DNA of 64,000 nt from a virus: IMG/VR virus record IMGVR_UViG_3300020420_000009, positions 32,001-96,000 of that record; one strand, written 5' to 3'. Made by a program: the position numbers and the translations under genes. This document shows, one piece after another, positions 1 through 8,894 of this stretch. Position 1 is the stretch's first letter; every line of letters begins with the position of its first letter. Below the pieces are notes generated by a model. It ran no database searches, was not told the DNA's origin, and was given only the letters and a program-made list of their open reading frames with translations.

Positions 1-621
1 GAACATAGGTCTCCGTTTACATATCAAACACCGACACAGGAACCTAATATTAGAGATGCAAGACAACCTGTAATATATCAACACCAACAACCAAGCACAT
101 ATGATTATCAATCACCTAATACATATGCAAGACAAGGACAGACTCCTTTCACATATACTGCAAGACAACCTGTGATATATCAGAATGTTGGTGCAAGCGC
201 ACAAGAACCAAACATTAGGTCAGGACAACAACCTTATCCATATATTGCACAGGGTAGACAACCATTTACATATAATTATAGGTCACCTTCAACATATCAG
301 AGTCCTGTAAGTGGGCAACAACCAATTAATTCAACTGGTAGAAATCCATTTCCTTATATACACCAACAACCACAACCGTATATTTACAATTCACCATATA
401 TTGCAAGACAACCATATACTACAACTAGAAATATAGGTGCTGTTGCAAAAGTTAAAGGTATATTTGTAAATAATCAAGGTGTAGTTGCAAAAGCACAAGA
501 AGTATATGTGAATGCACCTCAAGGATTAGAAAAAGTTCACCAAGCAGTTCCAAATGCACAATTCTTAAAAGGAACAGAAGGTGACGGTGGACAAACACCA
601 TATCAACCTGGCCCCGGCTAA
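1..621 (+). CDS. Pro/Tyr/Gln-rich repeat fibre protein, C-terminal part (5' end outside window)
   Basis: Frame 1 is open from base 1 (EHRSPFTYQTPTQEPNIRDARQ...). Same repeat vocabulary (QEPNIR, SPFTY, PYPYIA) as 6668-8867; ends in a VAKVKGIFVN...VYVN beta module. Confidence 0.8.
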   Translation, partial: EHRSPFTYQTPTQEPNIRDARQPVIYQHQQPSTYDYQSPNTYARQGQTPFTYTARQPVIYQNVGASAQEPNIRSGQQPYPYIAQGRQPFTYNYRSPSTYQSPVSGQQPINSTGRNPFPYIHQQPQPYIYNSPYIARQPYTTTRNIGAVAKVKGIFVNNQGVVAKAQEVYVNAPQGLEKVHQAVPNAQFLKGTEGDGGQTPYQPGPG

Positions 622-628
622 TAAAATA

Positions 629-636
629 TATAAATA
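629..636 (+). promoter_or_regulatory. T4-type late promoter TATAAATA
   Basis: Exact gp55 consensus, 5 nt before ATG 642. Confidence 0.75.
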
Positions 637-641
637 GTTTT

Positions 642-974
642 ATGGCTATTATTGCAAACTTATTCATTGACCAAGGAACAGATTTTTCTATTACGGTAGA
701 TGTGACTGATTCAGCGGGAACAGCATTAAATCTTACAGGATATTCTGCAGCTGCACAAATCAGAAAGACATATAGTTCTTCAACTGCCTCTGCAACATTC
801 ACAACAAATATTGCAGCTGCAACTGGACAAGTGACTTTAAGTTTGACAGATACCGAAACTACTAATTTAGAAGCAGGTCGGTATGTATATGACCTAAATA
901 TAAATAGTTCAGGTGGTCAAAAGACTAGAGTAGTCGAAGGACAAGCAACAGTGACCCCAGGCGTGACGAGGTAA
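642..974 (+). CDS. Small virion structural protein (Ig/BppU-like fold)
   Basis: IDQGTDFS...LTGYSAAAQIRK...GRYVYD...RVVEG pattern typical of marine T4-like structural proteins. Confidence 0.7.
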   Translation: MAIIANLFIDQGTDFSITVDVTDSAGTALNLTGYSAAAQIRKTYSSSTASATFTTNIAAATGQVTLSLTDTETTNLEAGRYVYDLNINSSGGQKTRVVEGQATVTPGVTR

Positions 975-976
975 GT

Positions 977-1189
977 ATGGCAACAATTAAAGCAAGAGTA
1001 TTAAACAACAGTAATATCAGAGCAAAACAGGTCGCAATCGGTAATACCGATACGGTGAACTTATCAACAAAATCTATACAAGAACTTTCAGATGTCAATG
1101 CAACAGAGACAGATAAAGGAGTTCTTCAATATAACGCTTCTACAGATAAGTGGGAAACCACTAATGTTTTAGACGGCGGAACATTCTAA
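977..1189 (+). CDS. Small fibre-associated structural protein
   Basis: ELSDV...GVLQYN...KW fibre motif; C-terminal LDGGTF. Confidence 0.65.
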   Translation: MATIKARVLNNSNIRAKQVAIGNTDTVNLSTKSIQELSDVNATETDKGVLQYNASTDKWETTNVLDGGTF

Positions 1190-1192
1190 AAG

Positions 1193-1200
1193 TATAAATA
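1193..1200 (+). promoter_or_regulatory. T4-type late promoter TATAAATA
   Basis: Exact consensus at the start of a 148-nt intergenic region. Confidence 0.75.
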
Positions 1201-1202
1201 CT

Positions 1203-1305
1203 TATACAATCAAGGTGTCATTCAGTGAGACACGACCCTCATAGTGAGAGGATTGGTATATTATAATCTTTCTCGAATAGTGCAGAGAAAAATTTGCAAA
1301 TTTTT
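1203..1305 (+). ncRNA. Candidate structured 5' leader with three AGUG-loop hairpins
   Basis: Stems GTGTC/GACAC, CCTC/GAGG and TTTCTC/GAGAAA each close a loop containing AGTG; outer stem TATACAATC/GATTGGTATA encloses the first two. Confidence 0.45.
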
Positions 1306-1337
1306 AATATAAACAACTATTTTTTCAGGAGAAAAAA

Positions 1338-2774
1338 ATGGCAACAGTAATTCAGATTAAACGAAGCACAGGAGTGTCCGCCCCCGCAGTCTCAGACTTG
1401 TCGGAAGGCGAATTAGCTTATGTGCAAGATAGGTCTAATTCGGGTGCTGGAGCAAAACTTTACATAGAATCCGTAGATTCTGATAATTCAACTCCATTGA
1501 TTCATGCAATCGGTGGTAAATACTTTACTGATATTTTATCAGGTTCAACTGCAACACCAGCCAACTTTAAAGTTGGTAATAGTGCAACGCAGGGAGCTGA
1601 GATTCAGTTATTAGAAGATTCAGATAACGGTTCACATTATGTTGCATTGAAAGCACCTAACAGTGTGGCTGGAAATGTGACATTAACCTTGCCGGGCGCA
1701 GACGGTTCTAATGGACAAGTTTTGGGAACAGACGGAAGTGGAACCCTATCATTTATTTCGACAACCTCGACTCTTGCTGGTGCGTCAGACACAGATATAT
1801 CCTCACCTAGTGGTGGACATATCCTAGTCTACGATGGAAGTAATTCCTTCGACAATGTCGCAGTATCAGGAGACGCAACAATTGCATCTAACGGTGCATT
1901 AACAATAGCAAACACTGCTGTGGAAACAGCAATGATTGCAAATGACGCAGTCACACTAGACAAGATTGCAGATGCAGTTATCATTACAGAAGGAGAAGGT
2001 ATTTCTTCTAATGATGTGGACACAGGATTCCCAACAGCAGCTGCAGTTAAAGATTATGTTGATTCACAGGACACTGCTCAAGACTTGGATTTCCAAGCTG
2101 ATTCAGGTGGTGCCTTATCAATTGATTTAGACAGTGAAACCATGGTATTTGCTGGAACAGCAAATGAGATTACAACAACTGCATCAGGTAATACCGTCAC
2201 AATCGGTATGCCAGATAATGTCACTATCGCAGGAAACCTAACAGTAAGTGGAACAACTACTACAGTTAACTCTACAACAGTTAGTATTGCTGACCCAGTT
2301 TTTGAAATTGGTGACGATAGTTCAGACGACAACCTAGACAGAGGTATTAAATTCAAATACAACAGTTCAGGTGCAAAAGTTGGTTTCTTCGGTTTCGATG
2401 ATTCAACAGGTAAGTTCATAGCATTAGGAGCTGCAACAGACTCTTCTTCAACATTCTCAGGAACAGCATTAGGTGCAGTTTTTGGTGGATTAGAAGCTTC
2501 AGGTCTTGCTCTTTCAGGTTCTATTACTTCTATTGACGGGTCTGCTCCAACAGCAGGTCAGTTGTTAATTGGTCACGGTTCAAACGGTGACTTTGCAGCT
2601 GGAACCCTAACAGCAGGAGAAGGTATAGATGTGACTAATGCAGACGGTAGTATCACAATCGCAGGTGAAGATGCATCAACCTCTAATAAAGGTATAGCAA
2701 GTTTTGCAAGTGCAAACTTTACAGTGAGTAGTGGTGCAGTATCAATAACTGCTATTGACGGCGGAACATTTTAA
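1338..2774 (+). CDS. Tail fibre / long structural fibre protein
   Basis: N-terminal IQIKRS...LSEGELA fibre module, Gly/Ser/Thr-rich body, [15 protein letters not shown] module, C-terminal IDGGTF; SD AGGAG. Confidence 0.8.
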   Translation: MATVIQIKRSTGVSAPAVSDLSEGELAYVQDRSNSGAGAKLYIESVDSDNSTPLIHAIGGKYFTDILSGSTATPANFKVGNSATQGAEIQLLEDSDNGSHYVALKAPNSVAGNVTLTLPGADGSNGQVLGTDGSGTLSFISTTSTLAGASDTDISSPSGGHILVYDGSNSFDNVAVSGDATIASNGALTIANTAVETAMIANDAVTLDKIADAVIITEGEGISSNDVDTGFPTAAAVKDYVDSQDTAQDLDFQADSGGALSIDLDSETMVFAGTANEITTTASGNTVTIGMPDNVTIAGNLTVSGTTTTVNSTTVSIADPVFEIGDDSSDDNLDRGIKFKYNSSGAKVGFFGFDDSTGKFIALGAATDSSSTFSGTALGAVFGGLEASGLALSGSITSIDGSAPTAGQLLIGHGSNGDFAAGTLTAGEGIDVTNADGSITIAGEDASTSNKGIASFASANFTVSSGAVSITAIDGGTF

Positions 2775-2800
2775 TTAACCGTTTATAGGAGGAAAACGAT

Positions 2801-3628
2801 ATGGCAACTCAGATACAGTTTAAGCGTTCATCAACTCAGAATGAAGTGCCCGCAACAAGTGATTTAGCACTTGGTGAAGTGGCAATCAATACCTATCATG
2901 GTAGAATGTATACAGAGAAAAATGATGGAAGTGCAGCTATAGTTCAGATTGGGTCTAACCCAACTTCACTAACTGTTAATGATGCATATTCTTTTCCAAC
3001 CGCTGACGGTTCTAGTGGTCAAGTCTTAAAAACTGACGGTTCAGGAACATTAAGTTTCGGAGCTGCAAGTAGTGGAGCTGGTATATCTATTTTTAAATAT
3101 ACTATATCTTCAAACACTACTTCGATAACTGGTAATGACGATGACGGAAACTCTCTATCCTACACAGTAGGTTCAGAGCAAGTTTACCTCAACGGTGTTA
3201 AACTGGTTGACGCAGGAACAGACTATACTGCCACAAATACATCAACCGTCACTTTGGCACAGAATGCTATAAGTGGAGATGTAGTAGAAGTTGTATCCGT
3301 GACTGCAACTGATTTAGTTCAAGGGAACTATACAGAAAGTTCATTCTCGGCAACAACTGCAAACCAAGTATTATCAGCAAACGCGGTTGCCAATAAGGCA
3401 ATCAAGTATGTGATAGTCGCAACACATGCTTCTGCAGGCACACATGCTTGTGAAGTGTTAATAGTAAACAATGGAAGTAATTCATATTTCGTTCAATACG
3501 GTGATGTGATTTCAAGTTCCAGTTTGTTTTCACTGAGTTCAGATATTAATTCAGGAAACATGAGATTACTCATTACTCCAGTTAATACAAATACTACAGT
3601 GGATACATTCCAAATCAGACTTACATAG
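2801..3628 (+). CDS. Virion structural / fibre protein
   Basis: N-terminus paralogous to the 1338 ORF (IQFKRS...LALGEVA); VYLNGVKL...DYTA...GDVVEVV domain. Confidence 0.75.
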   Translation: MATQIQFKRSSTQNEVPATSDLALGEVAINTYHGRMYTEKNDGSAAIVQIGSNPTSLTVNDAYSFPTADGSSGQVLKTDGSGTLSFGAASSGAGISIFKYTISSNTTSITGNDDDGNSLSYTVGSEQVYLNGVKLVDAGTDYTATNTSTVTLAQNAISGDVVEVVSVTATDLVQGNYTESSFSATTANQVLSANAVANKAIKYVIVATHASAGTHACEVLIVNNGSNSYFVQYGDVISSSSLFSLSSDINSGNMRLLITPVNTNTTVDTFQIRLT

Positions 3629-3638
3629 GGGGATATAA

Positions 3639-4049
3639 ATGGCAATAACTAAAGCTTTTAAACTTGCAGAACTTATCCGACATATAGAGTATGATTCTAC
3701 AGACGATGTAATTAAAACGAGTAAACCAACTCAAGATAAAAATACAAAGAAAGGAAGTGATACTAAAACTTCTACTTCTCAATTTAGTCTTGATACATTT
3801 GCTCATGCAACCTACAGGGCTGCAAGATACATAGTTGCAATGTCAGAAGGAACTAATTTCCATTCTACTGAAATCATGTTGATTCATGACGGAACAACAG
3901 TGACAATCACACAGTATGGTATACTCAAGGATACTACACTTGCCACATTTGATGCAGACATTAATGGCTCAAATGTTAGACTATTATGCACTCCTGCTTC
4001 TACAAACTCGACAGTAATCAAGTTTGACAGAACAGTAGTGGACGCATAA
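3639..4049 (+). CDS. Virion structural protein
   Basis: DTF...YRAARYIV...HSTEIMLIHDG...QYG domain, paralogous to the C-terminus of the 2801 ORF. Confidence 0.7.
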   Translation: MAITKAFKLAELIRHIEYDSTDDVIKTSKPTQDKNTKKGSDTKTSTSQFSLDTFAHATYRAARYIVAMSEGTNFHSTEIMLIHDGTTVTITQYGILKDTTLATFDADINGSNVRLLCTPASTNSTVIKFDRTVVDA

Positions 4050-4055
4050 GTTCTT

Positions 4056-4082
4056 AAGGGGGTCAATCGACCCCCTTTTTTT
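4056..4082 (+). terminator. Rho-independent terminator
   Basis: AAGGGGGTC-aatc-GACCCCCTT followed by a T tract. Confidence 0.85.
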
Positions 4083-4152
4083 CATATTTCTTTTTTCTTT
4101 AGACACCCCAATCTCATAAATAATCAAGTAAAACTTAAATTGAGGACACTAA

Positions 4153-4413
4153 ATGGCAACTACAAATACTTTTGTTATTGAATACGGGATAAGTGTCGGG
4201 TCAACAGAGGTTATCAATAGCTCAGGTAAATTACAAGCGAGTGCAATCAGCACTCTAGATACGGATAATCTTTCAGAGGGTTCGACAAATCAATATTTCA
4301 CGAATGCAAGAGCAAGAGGAGCAATCTCACTTGCAAGTGGAGAAACTAATTTATCATATAATTCTTCAAATGGAGAATTGAGTTTGCCAACAGTTAATGG
4401 AGGCTCGTTCTAA
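4153..4413 (+). CDS. Small fibre-associated protein
   Basis: Shares its N-terminus and the LDTDNLSEGSTNQYFTNARAR motif with the 4413 ORF; ends in NGGSF. Confidence 0.7.
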   Translation: MATTNTFVIEYGISVGSTEVINSSGKLQASAISTLDTDNLSEGSTNQYFTNARARGAISLASGETNLSYNSSNGELSLPTVNGGSF

Positions 4414-6641
4414 TGGCAGATGTAAACTTTAAAATTAAAAATGGTCTATCCGTAGGGGATACCGAGGTATTAGACAGCTCAGGTGATTTAACTGCAGCTG
4501 CATTCGGAACTGCAGCCCTAGAAAAAATAGATGACCAAGTAAACTCTTTACTAACAGCAGGTTCAGGAATATCATTATCATATGATGATTCAGCAGGAAC
4601 ATTAACAGTCACGAGAGACGCAGAGACAGGAGACATTGAAGGAGTCACTGCTGGAGACGGACTTTCAGGTGGTGGAACAAGTGGAACAGTATCACTTGCA
4701 TTAGACCTAAACGAATTAACAGCTGCAACAGTAGATGTATCTGCCGATAGTATACCATTCATAGATGGCACTGCAACAAGAAAAGAAAGTATTTCAGATT
4801 TAGTATCAGGAATGGCTGGAACAAATTTAACTGCAAGTTCAGGAACATTAGGAATTGCAGATTCAGTTATTAGAGGAAAGATTAGTGCAAGTGGAGATTT
4901 ATCATATAACTCTTCAACTGGTGTAATATCATTTACAAATGACGCTGGTGACATAGAAAGTGTTGTTGCTGGTTCAGGTTTAACAGGCGGTGGCACATCA
5001 GGAGATGTCACACTAAATGTTATAGGTGGTGACGGTATTACTGCAAATGCAAACGATATTGCATTATCTTCATCAGTTGCAGGCGACAATCTTTCATATA
5101 GTTCAGGTGTCCTAGCAGTAGAACAAAATTTAACAAATTCTTCTGCACCATATTATCATAGGTCAATAGTCACCGTATCAAGTGGTAAATTCTTATTTGA
5201 CGGTCAATCGTCCTCACAAGCTTTAAGACTAACACCAAATGTAGTCTATAGATTTGACCAATCAGATAGTTCAAACGGTTCACACCCATTAAGATTCTCT
5301 GAATCAGCAGACGGTTCAGAAATGACAGACGGTTATTTAATCTATAACAAAGTTGGAACTCCAGGCTCTAGTGGTTCATATACAGAAGTTGCATTCGACC
5401 AAGAATCAAACAATCCTATGTATTTCTACTGTTCAAATCACAGTGGAATGGGTAATACAGTTATACTTGGTGGTGCAGAGAATACAGATTCATTAGACGA
5501 AGGTTCGAGTAATCTTTATCATACCACTGCAAGAGCAAGAGCAGCTATAAGTGCTGGTGGTGACTTATCATACAACAGCACAACTGGTGTAATGAGTTTC
5601 ACAAACGATGCTGGAGACATATCATCAGTCGTTGCTGGAGACGGTTTAACAGGTGGTGGAACAACAGGAGATGTCACACTTGCAGTTCAAGTAGATGATA
5701 GTTCTATAGAAACAGATTCAGATACATTAAGAGTAAAAGCAAGTGGTATAACAAATGCCATGTTAGCAGGTTCGATTGCAAATGATAAACTTGCTGGTTC
5801 GATTGCAAACGCAAAACTTGCAAATAGTTCTATAACTCTAAACTCTAATACAGTTGCATTAGGTAATTCACTTACATTAGATACAGACGATATCGGTGAG
5901 GGTTCAAGTGCCCAATATCATACAACAGAAAGAGTTCAAGATGTAGTTGGAGCTCAGATTGCAACTAATGGTTCACATACAAATATTACTGCAAGTTATG
6001 ACGACGCTGGAGACGGTGCAGTCGACTTATCAATCACAGATGCAGTAATCAGAGGTAAAATATCTGTCACAGATTCAGGTGGAGACGGTTCACTTGCATA
6101 TAATAACTCTACTGGTGTAATAACATATACTGGCCCAAGTGCTTCAGAAGTAAGAGCTCACATAAGTGCTGGAACTGGTGTAGGATTCTCAGGTGGTGCA
6201 GTTAGTATTGGACAGGCAGTTGGAACAAGTGATAATGTGACCTTTAACAATTTGGTTGTAGGTGGAAACCTAACAGTCAGTGGAACTACTTCAACAGTTA
6301 GTTCTACAAATACAACAATTTCAGATGCACTTATAGAATTAGGAAATGGAACATCAGGTTCTCCTTCAAATGACGCAGGTTTGGTTATTGAAAGAGGAAG
6401 TTCAGATAATGTGTTTATAGGTTGGGACGAAAGTGCAGACGCAATCACATTCGGAACAGGTTCATTTACTGGTGCTTCAACAGGTAATTTAACAATTACC
6501 CCAAGTGCAGTTAACACTGGTGCAGTCACAATTACAAATGCAACAAATAATGGTGGAACTGCAAGAAACATATATCAGTCAACCTCTGCACCTAGTGGTT
6601 CAGACGGAGCAGTTGGTGATTTATGGATTCTATACTCCTAA
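4413..6641 (+). CDS. Tail fibre protein with internal cupredoxin-like domain
   Basis: Repeated GDIxSVVAGxGLTGGGTSGDVTL units; YRFDQSDSSN.HPLRFS...YFYCSNHSGMG module; C-terminal APSGSDGAVGDLW fibre motif. Confidence 0.8.
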   Translation: MADVNFKIKNGLSVGDTEVLDSSGDLTAAAFGTAALEKIDDQVNSLLTAGSGISLSYDDSAGTLTVTRDAETGDIEGVTAGDGLSGGGTSGTVSLALDLNELTAATVDVSADSIPFIDGTATRKESISDLVSGMAGTNLTASSGTLGIADSVIRGKISASGDLSYNSSTGVISFTNDAGDIESVVAGSGLTGGGTSGDVTLNVIGGDGITANANDIALSSSVAGDNLSYSSGVLAVEQNLTNSSAPYYHRSIVTVSSGKFLFDGQSSSQALRLTPNVVYRFDQSDSSNGSHPLRFSESADGSEMTDGYLIYNKVGTPGSSGSYTEVAFDQESNNPMYFYCSNHSGMGNTVILGGAENTDSLDEGSSNLYHTTARARAAISAGGDLSYNSTTGVMSFTNDAGDISSVVAGDGLTGGGTTGDVTLAVQVDDSSIETDSDTLRVKASGITNAMLAGSIANDKLAGSIANAKLANSSITLNSNTVALGNSLTLDTDDIGEGSSAQYHTTERVQDVVGAQIATNGSHTNITASYDDAGDGAVDLSITDAVIRGKISVTDSGGDGSLAYNNSTGVITYTGPSASEVRAHISAGTGVGFSGGAVSIGQAVGTSDNVTFNNLVVGGNLTVSGTTSTVSSTNTTISDALIELGNGTSGSPSNDAGLVIERGSSDNVFIGWDESADAITFGTGSFTGASTGNLTITPSAVNTGAVTITNATNNGGTARNIYQSTSAPSGSDGAVGDLWILYS

Positions 6642-6667
6642 TAAATAGGAGACATACAGGATAATTT

Positions 6668-8071
6668 ATGGCGTCAGGTTCACAGAAAGTTAAAACCCCA
6701 TCAGGTTGGAATGCAACTCAAGGTGCATGGGTCAAGACAGGCCCGTCTACTTGGAAAGCAGTTGACCAAATTTATATTAAAGCTCCAGGCGGGTGGAATA
6801 ATGCTTCAGGTCAAGAGGCAGTGCAACAACCTTATCCATATATTGCACAGGGTGGTTCTCCATATATTGCAAATGCACAGAACCCATATCCCTATATTGC
6901 AAATGCACAGGAACCAAACATTAGGTCAGCACAACAACCTTATCCTTACATTGCAGACGGTGGGTCACCTTATATTGCAAATGGACAGGAACCTAATATT
7001 AGAAACCAACAGGAACCAAATATTCGTTCTGCACAGCAACCGTATCCATATATTGCAAATGCACAGGAACCTAATATAAGAAACAGACAAAATCCGTTTA
7101 CATACGACCATAGGTCACCTTTTACATATAATCACAGAAGTCCTTTTACATATGACCATAGGTCACCTTTTACATATCGTAATCCGTTTACTTACAATCA
7201 TAGGTCACCATTTACATATAACTATAGGTCACCGTTTACATACAGAAGTCCTGTGAGTGCTCAGGAACCTAATATTAGGAATGGACAGAACCCATTTACA
7301 TATCCAGCAAATATTCAACAACCGAATATTCGTTCTGCACAACAACCGTTTACATATCCAGCAAATATTCAACAACCAAATATTAGGAGTGCTCAACAAC
7401 CGTTCACATATCCTGCGAATATTCAGCAACCTAATATAAGAGACGCTAGGACACCGTTTACCTATCATGCAAGACAGCCGGGCAGTGCAAGACAACCAGT
7501 TCCTTTCTCATATCAAAGTCCATATATCGGAACTGCAAGACAACCAGTTTACTACCCAGGCGGTGGTTCACCAGGCTTCGGTGGTGGTTGTTTCGCAATG
7601 GGAACTATGATATGGATGAGCGACAATACATACAGACCAATCGAAACTATAGAAATTGGAATGTCAGTAATGACATTCGGAGAATCAATAGAGGTTGGAG
7701 TGGTCGAAGAACTTATGCAGCCTAGAGTGTGTGGGTTATACGATATAGAAGTCAACGGTAAAATTACTGGTGTGACTGGAGGACACCCATTCTTAGTTCA
7801 AGATAAAGGGTGGTGTGTTATAAACATGGAAGACTGGGAGCAAGAAGTTGCTGACGGTGTTGCTTGGGGTGGAGAAGTCTCAGGTGTAATTGAAGAGGGT
7901 GATATCCTTGTAGATTCATTATCATTGATTTTAAATAATCAATCGAATGCAAAGGTATCTAATATTAACAAATTGGAAGGAGAACATGAGGTCTATCACT
8001 TGGCTCGTGTAAGTGATAATGCGAACTTCTTTGCAAATGACTTTGTAGTCCATAACTTACAGAAGAGATAA
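6668..8071 (+). CDS. Fibre-associated repeat protein with C-terminal Hint (intein-like/BIL) domain
   Basis: Trp-rich N-terminal module, 29 Pro-delimited repeats, then GGG|CFAMGT...VTGGHPF...VYHL...NFFANDFVVHN. Confidence 0.85.
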   Translation: MASGSQKVKTPSGWNATQGAWVKTGPSTWKAVDQIYIKAPGGWNNASGQEAVQQPYPYIAQGGSPYIANAQNPYPYIANAQEPNIRSAQQPYPYIADGGSPYIANGQEPNIRNQQEPNIRSAQQPYPYIANAQEPNIRNRQNPFTYDHRSPFTYNHRSPFTYDHRSPFTYRNPFTYNHRSPFTYNYRSPFTYRSPVSAQEPNIRNGQNPFTYPANIQQPNIRSAQQPFTYPANIQQPNIRSAQQPFTYPANIQQPNIRDARTPFTYHARQPGSARQPVPFSYQSPYIGTARQPVYYPGGGSPGFGGGCFAMGTMIWMSDNTYRPIETIEIGMSVMTFGESIEVGVVEELMQPRVCGLYDIEVNGKITGVTGGHPFLVQDKGWCVINMEDWEQEVADGVAWGGEVSGVIEEGDILVDSLSLILNNQSNAKVSNINKLEGEHEVYHLARVSDNANFFANDFVVHNLQKR

Positions 8072-8804
8072 TATGCCATTTTATCAAAGTGTATATGCAA
8101 CTCAAGCAAGACAACCAGTTCCTGCGAGTTATCAGAGCCCATACGGAACTCAGAATCCTTACATTGCAAATGCAAGACAACCGTTTACCTATAATTATAG
8201 GTCACCGTTTACATATCAAGCACCTGCTAGAAACCCTTTCACTTATCATTATAGGTCACCCTTTACATATCAAGCACCCGCTAGAAACCCTTTCACCTAT
8301 AATTACAGGTCACCATTCACCTATCAGGCACCTGCGAGACAGCCTTTTACTTATCACTATAGGTCACCGTTCACTTATAGAAATCCAGTATCAGCACAAG
8401 AACCAAATATCAGGTCAGCACAACAACCGAATATTAGAGATGCACAATCACCAAGTAATGCACAACAACCTACTATTAAGTCAGCACAAGAACCAAACAT
8501 TAGGTCAGCACAGGAACCTAATATTAGGGACGCAAGACAACCTTCTACATATGATTATCGTTCACCTTCAACATACGAAAGACAGGGTCAAACACCTTTC
8601 ACATATGACCATAGGTCACCTTTAACATATTCACATAGAAGTCCGTTTACATATAGTAATCAGAACCCTACAACTTATGCAAGACAGGGTCAGACACCAT
8701 TTACTTACAACTATAGAAGTCCTTCGACATATGCAAGACAAGGTCAGACACCTACTACATACAGTAATCAAAACCCGACTACTTATGCAAGACAAGGTAG
8801 AACA
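6830..8804 (+). repeat. Imperfect tandem coding repeats (18/24/30-nt units) in two adjacent ORFs
   Basis: Recurrent aggtcaccNtttacatat and caggaaccNaatattag DNA units encoding PFTYxxRS, PNIRxAQx and PYPYIA; interrupted by the Hint domain. Confidence 0.85.
7589..8056 (+). other. Hint auto-processing domain, no C-extein nucleophile
   Basis: Cys1 (TGT 7589), TxxH block (TGGH), terminal His-Asn (8051-8056) followed by Leu-Gln-Lys-Arg-stop. Confidence 0.85.
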
Positions 8805-8867
8805 CCAGTTATTAGGTGGGACGGAGTCTTACAACAACAATGGCCTGGAACACCGATATCTAGTTAA
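8073..8867 (+). CDS. Repeat protein, mirror partner of the 6668 ORF
   Basis: Starts 1 nt after the upstream stop; almost entirely Pro-delimited repeats. Confidence 0.85.
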   Translation: MPFYQSVYATQARQPVPASYQSPYGTQNPYIANARQPFTYNYRSPFTYQAPARNPFTYHYRSPFTYQAPARNPFTYNYRSPFTYQAPARQPFTYHYRSPFTYRNPVSAQEPNIRSAQQPNIRDAQSPSNAQQPTIKSAQEPNIRSAQEPNIRDARQPSTYDYRSPSTYERQGQTPFTYDHRSPLTYSHRSPFTYSNQNPTTYARQGQTPFTYNYRSPSTYARQGQTPTTYSNQNPTTYARQGRTPVIRWDGVLQQQWPGTPISS

Positions 8868-8894
8868 TTTTAGTCAACTAAATACATTTATATT

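Noticed and set aside
4394-6571. Long minus-strand ORFs (4394-5089, 6158-6571) and similar antisense ORFs elsewhere
   Set aside because: Shadows of Gly/Ser/Thr-rich + strand genes; no SD, promoter or recognisable motif.
7589-8056. Canonical mobile intein with homing endonuclease
   Set aside because: Only 156 aa, no endonuclease motifs, and Leu follows the terminal Asn.
6830-8804. Tandem DNA repeats as a CRISPR array or DGR template/variable repeat
   Set aside because: Units are in-frame coding repeats that vary at synonymous sites, with no unique spacers, no cas genes and no reverse transcriptase in the window.
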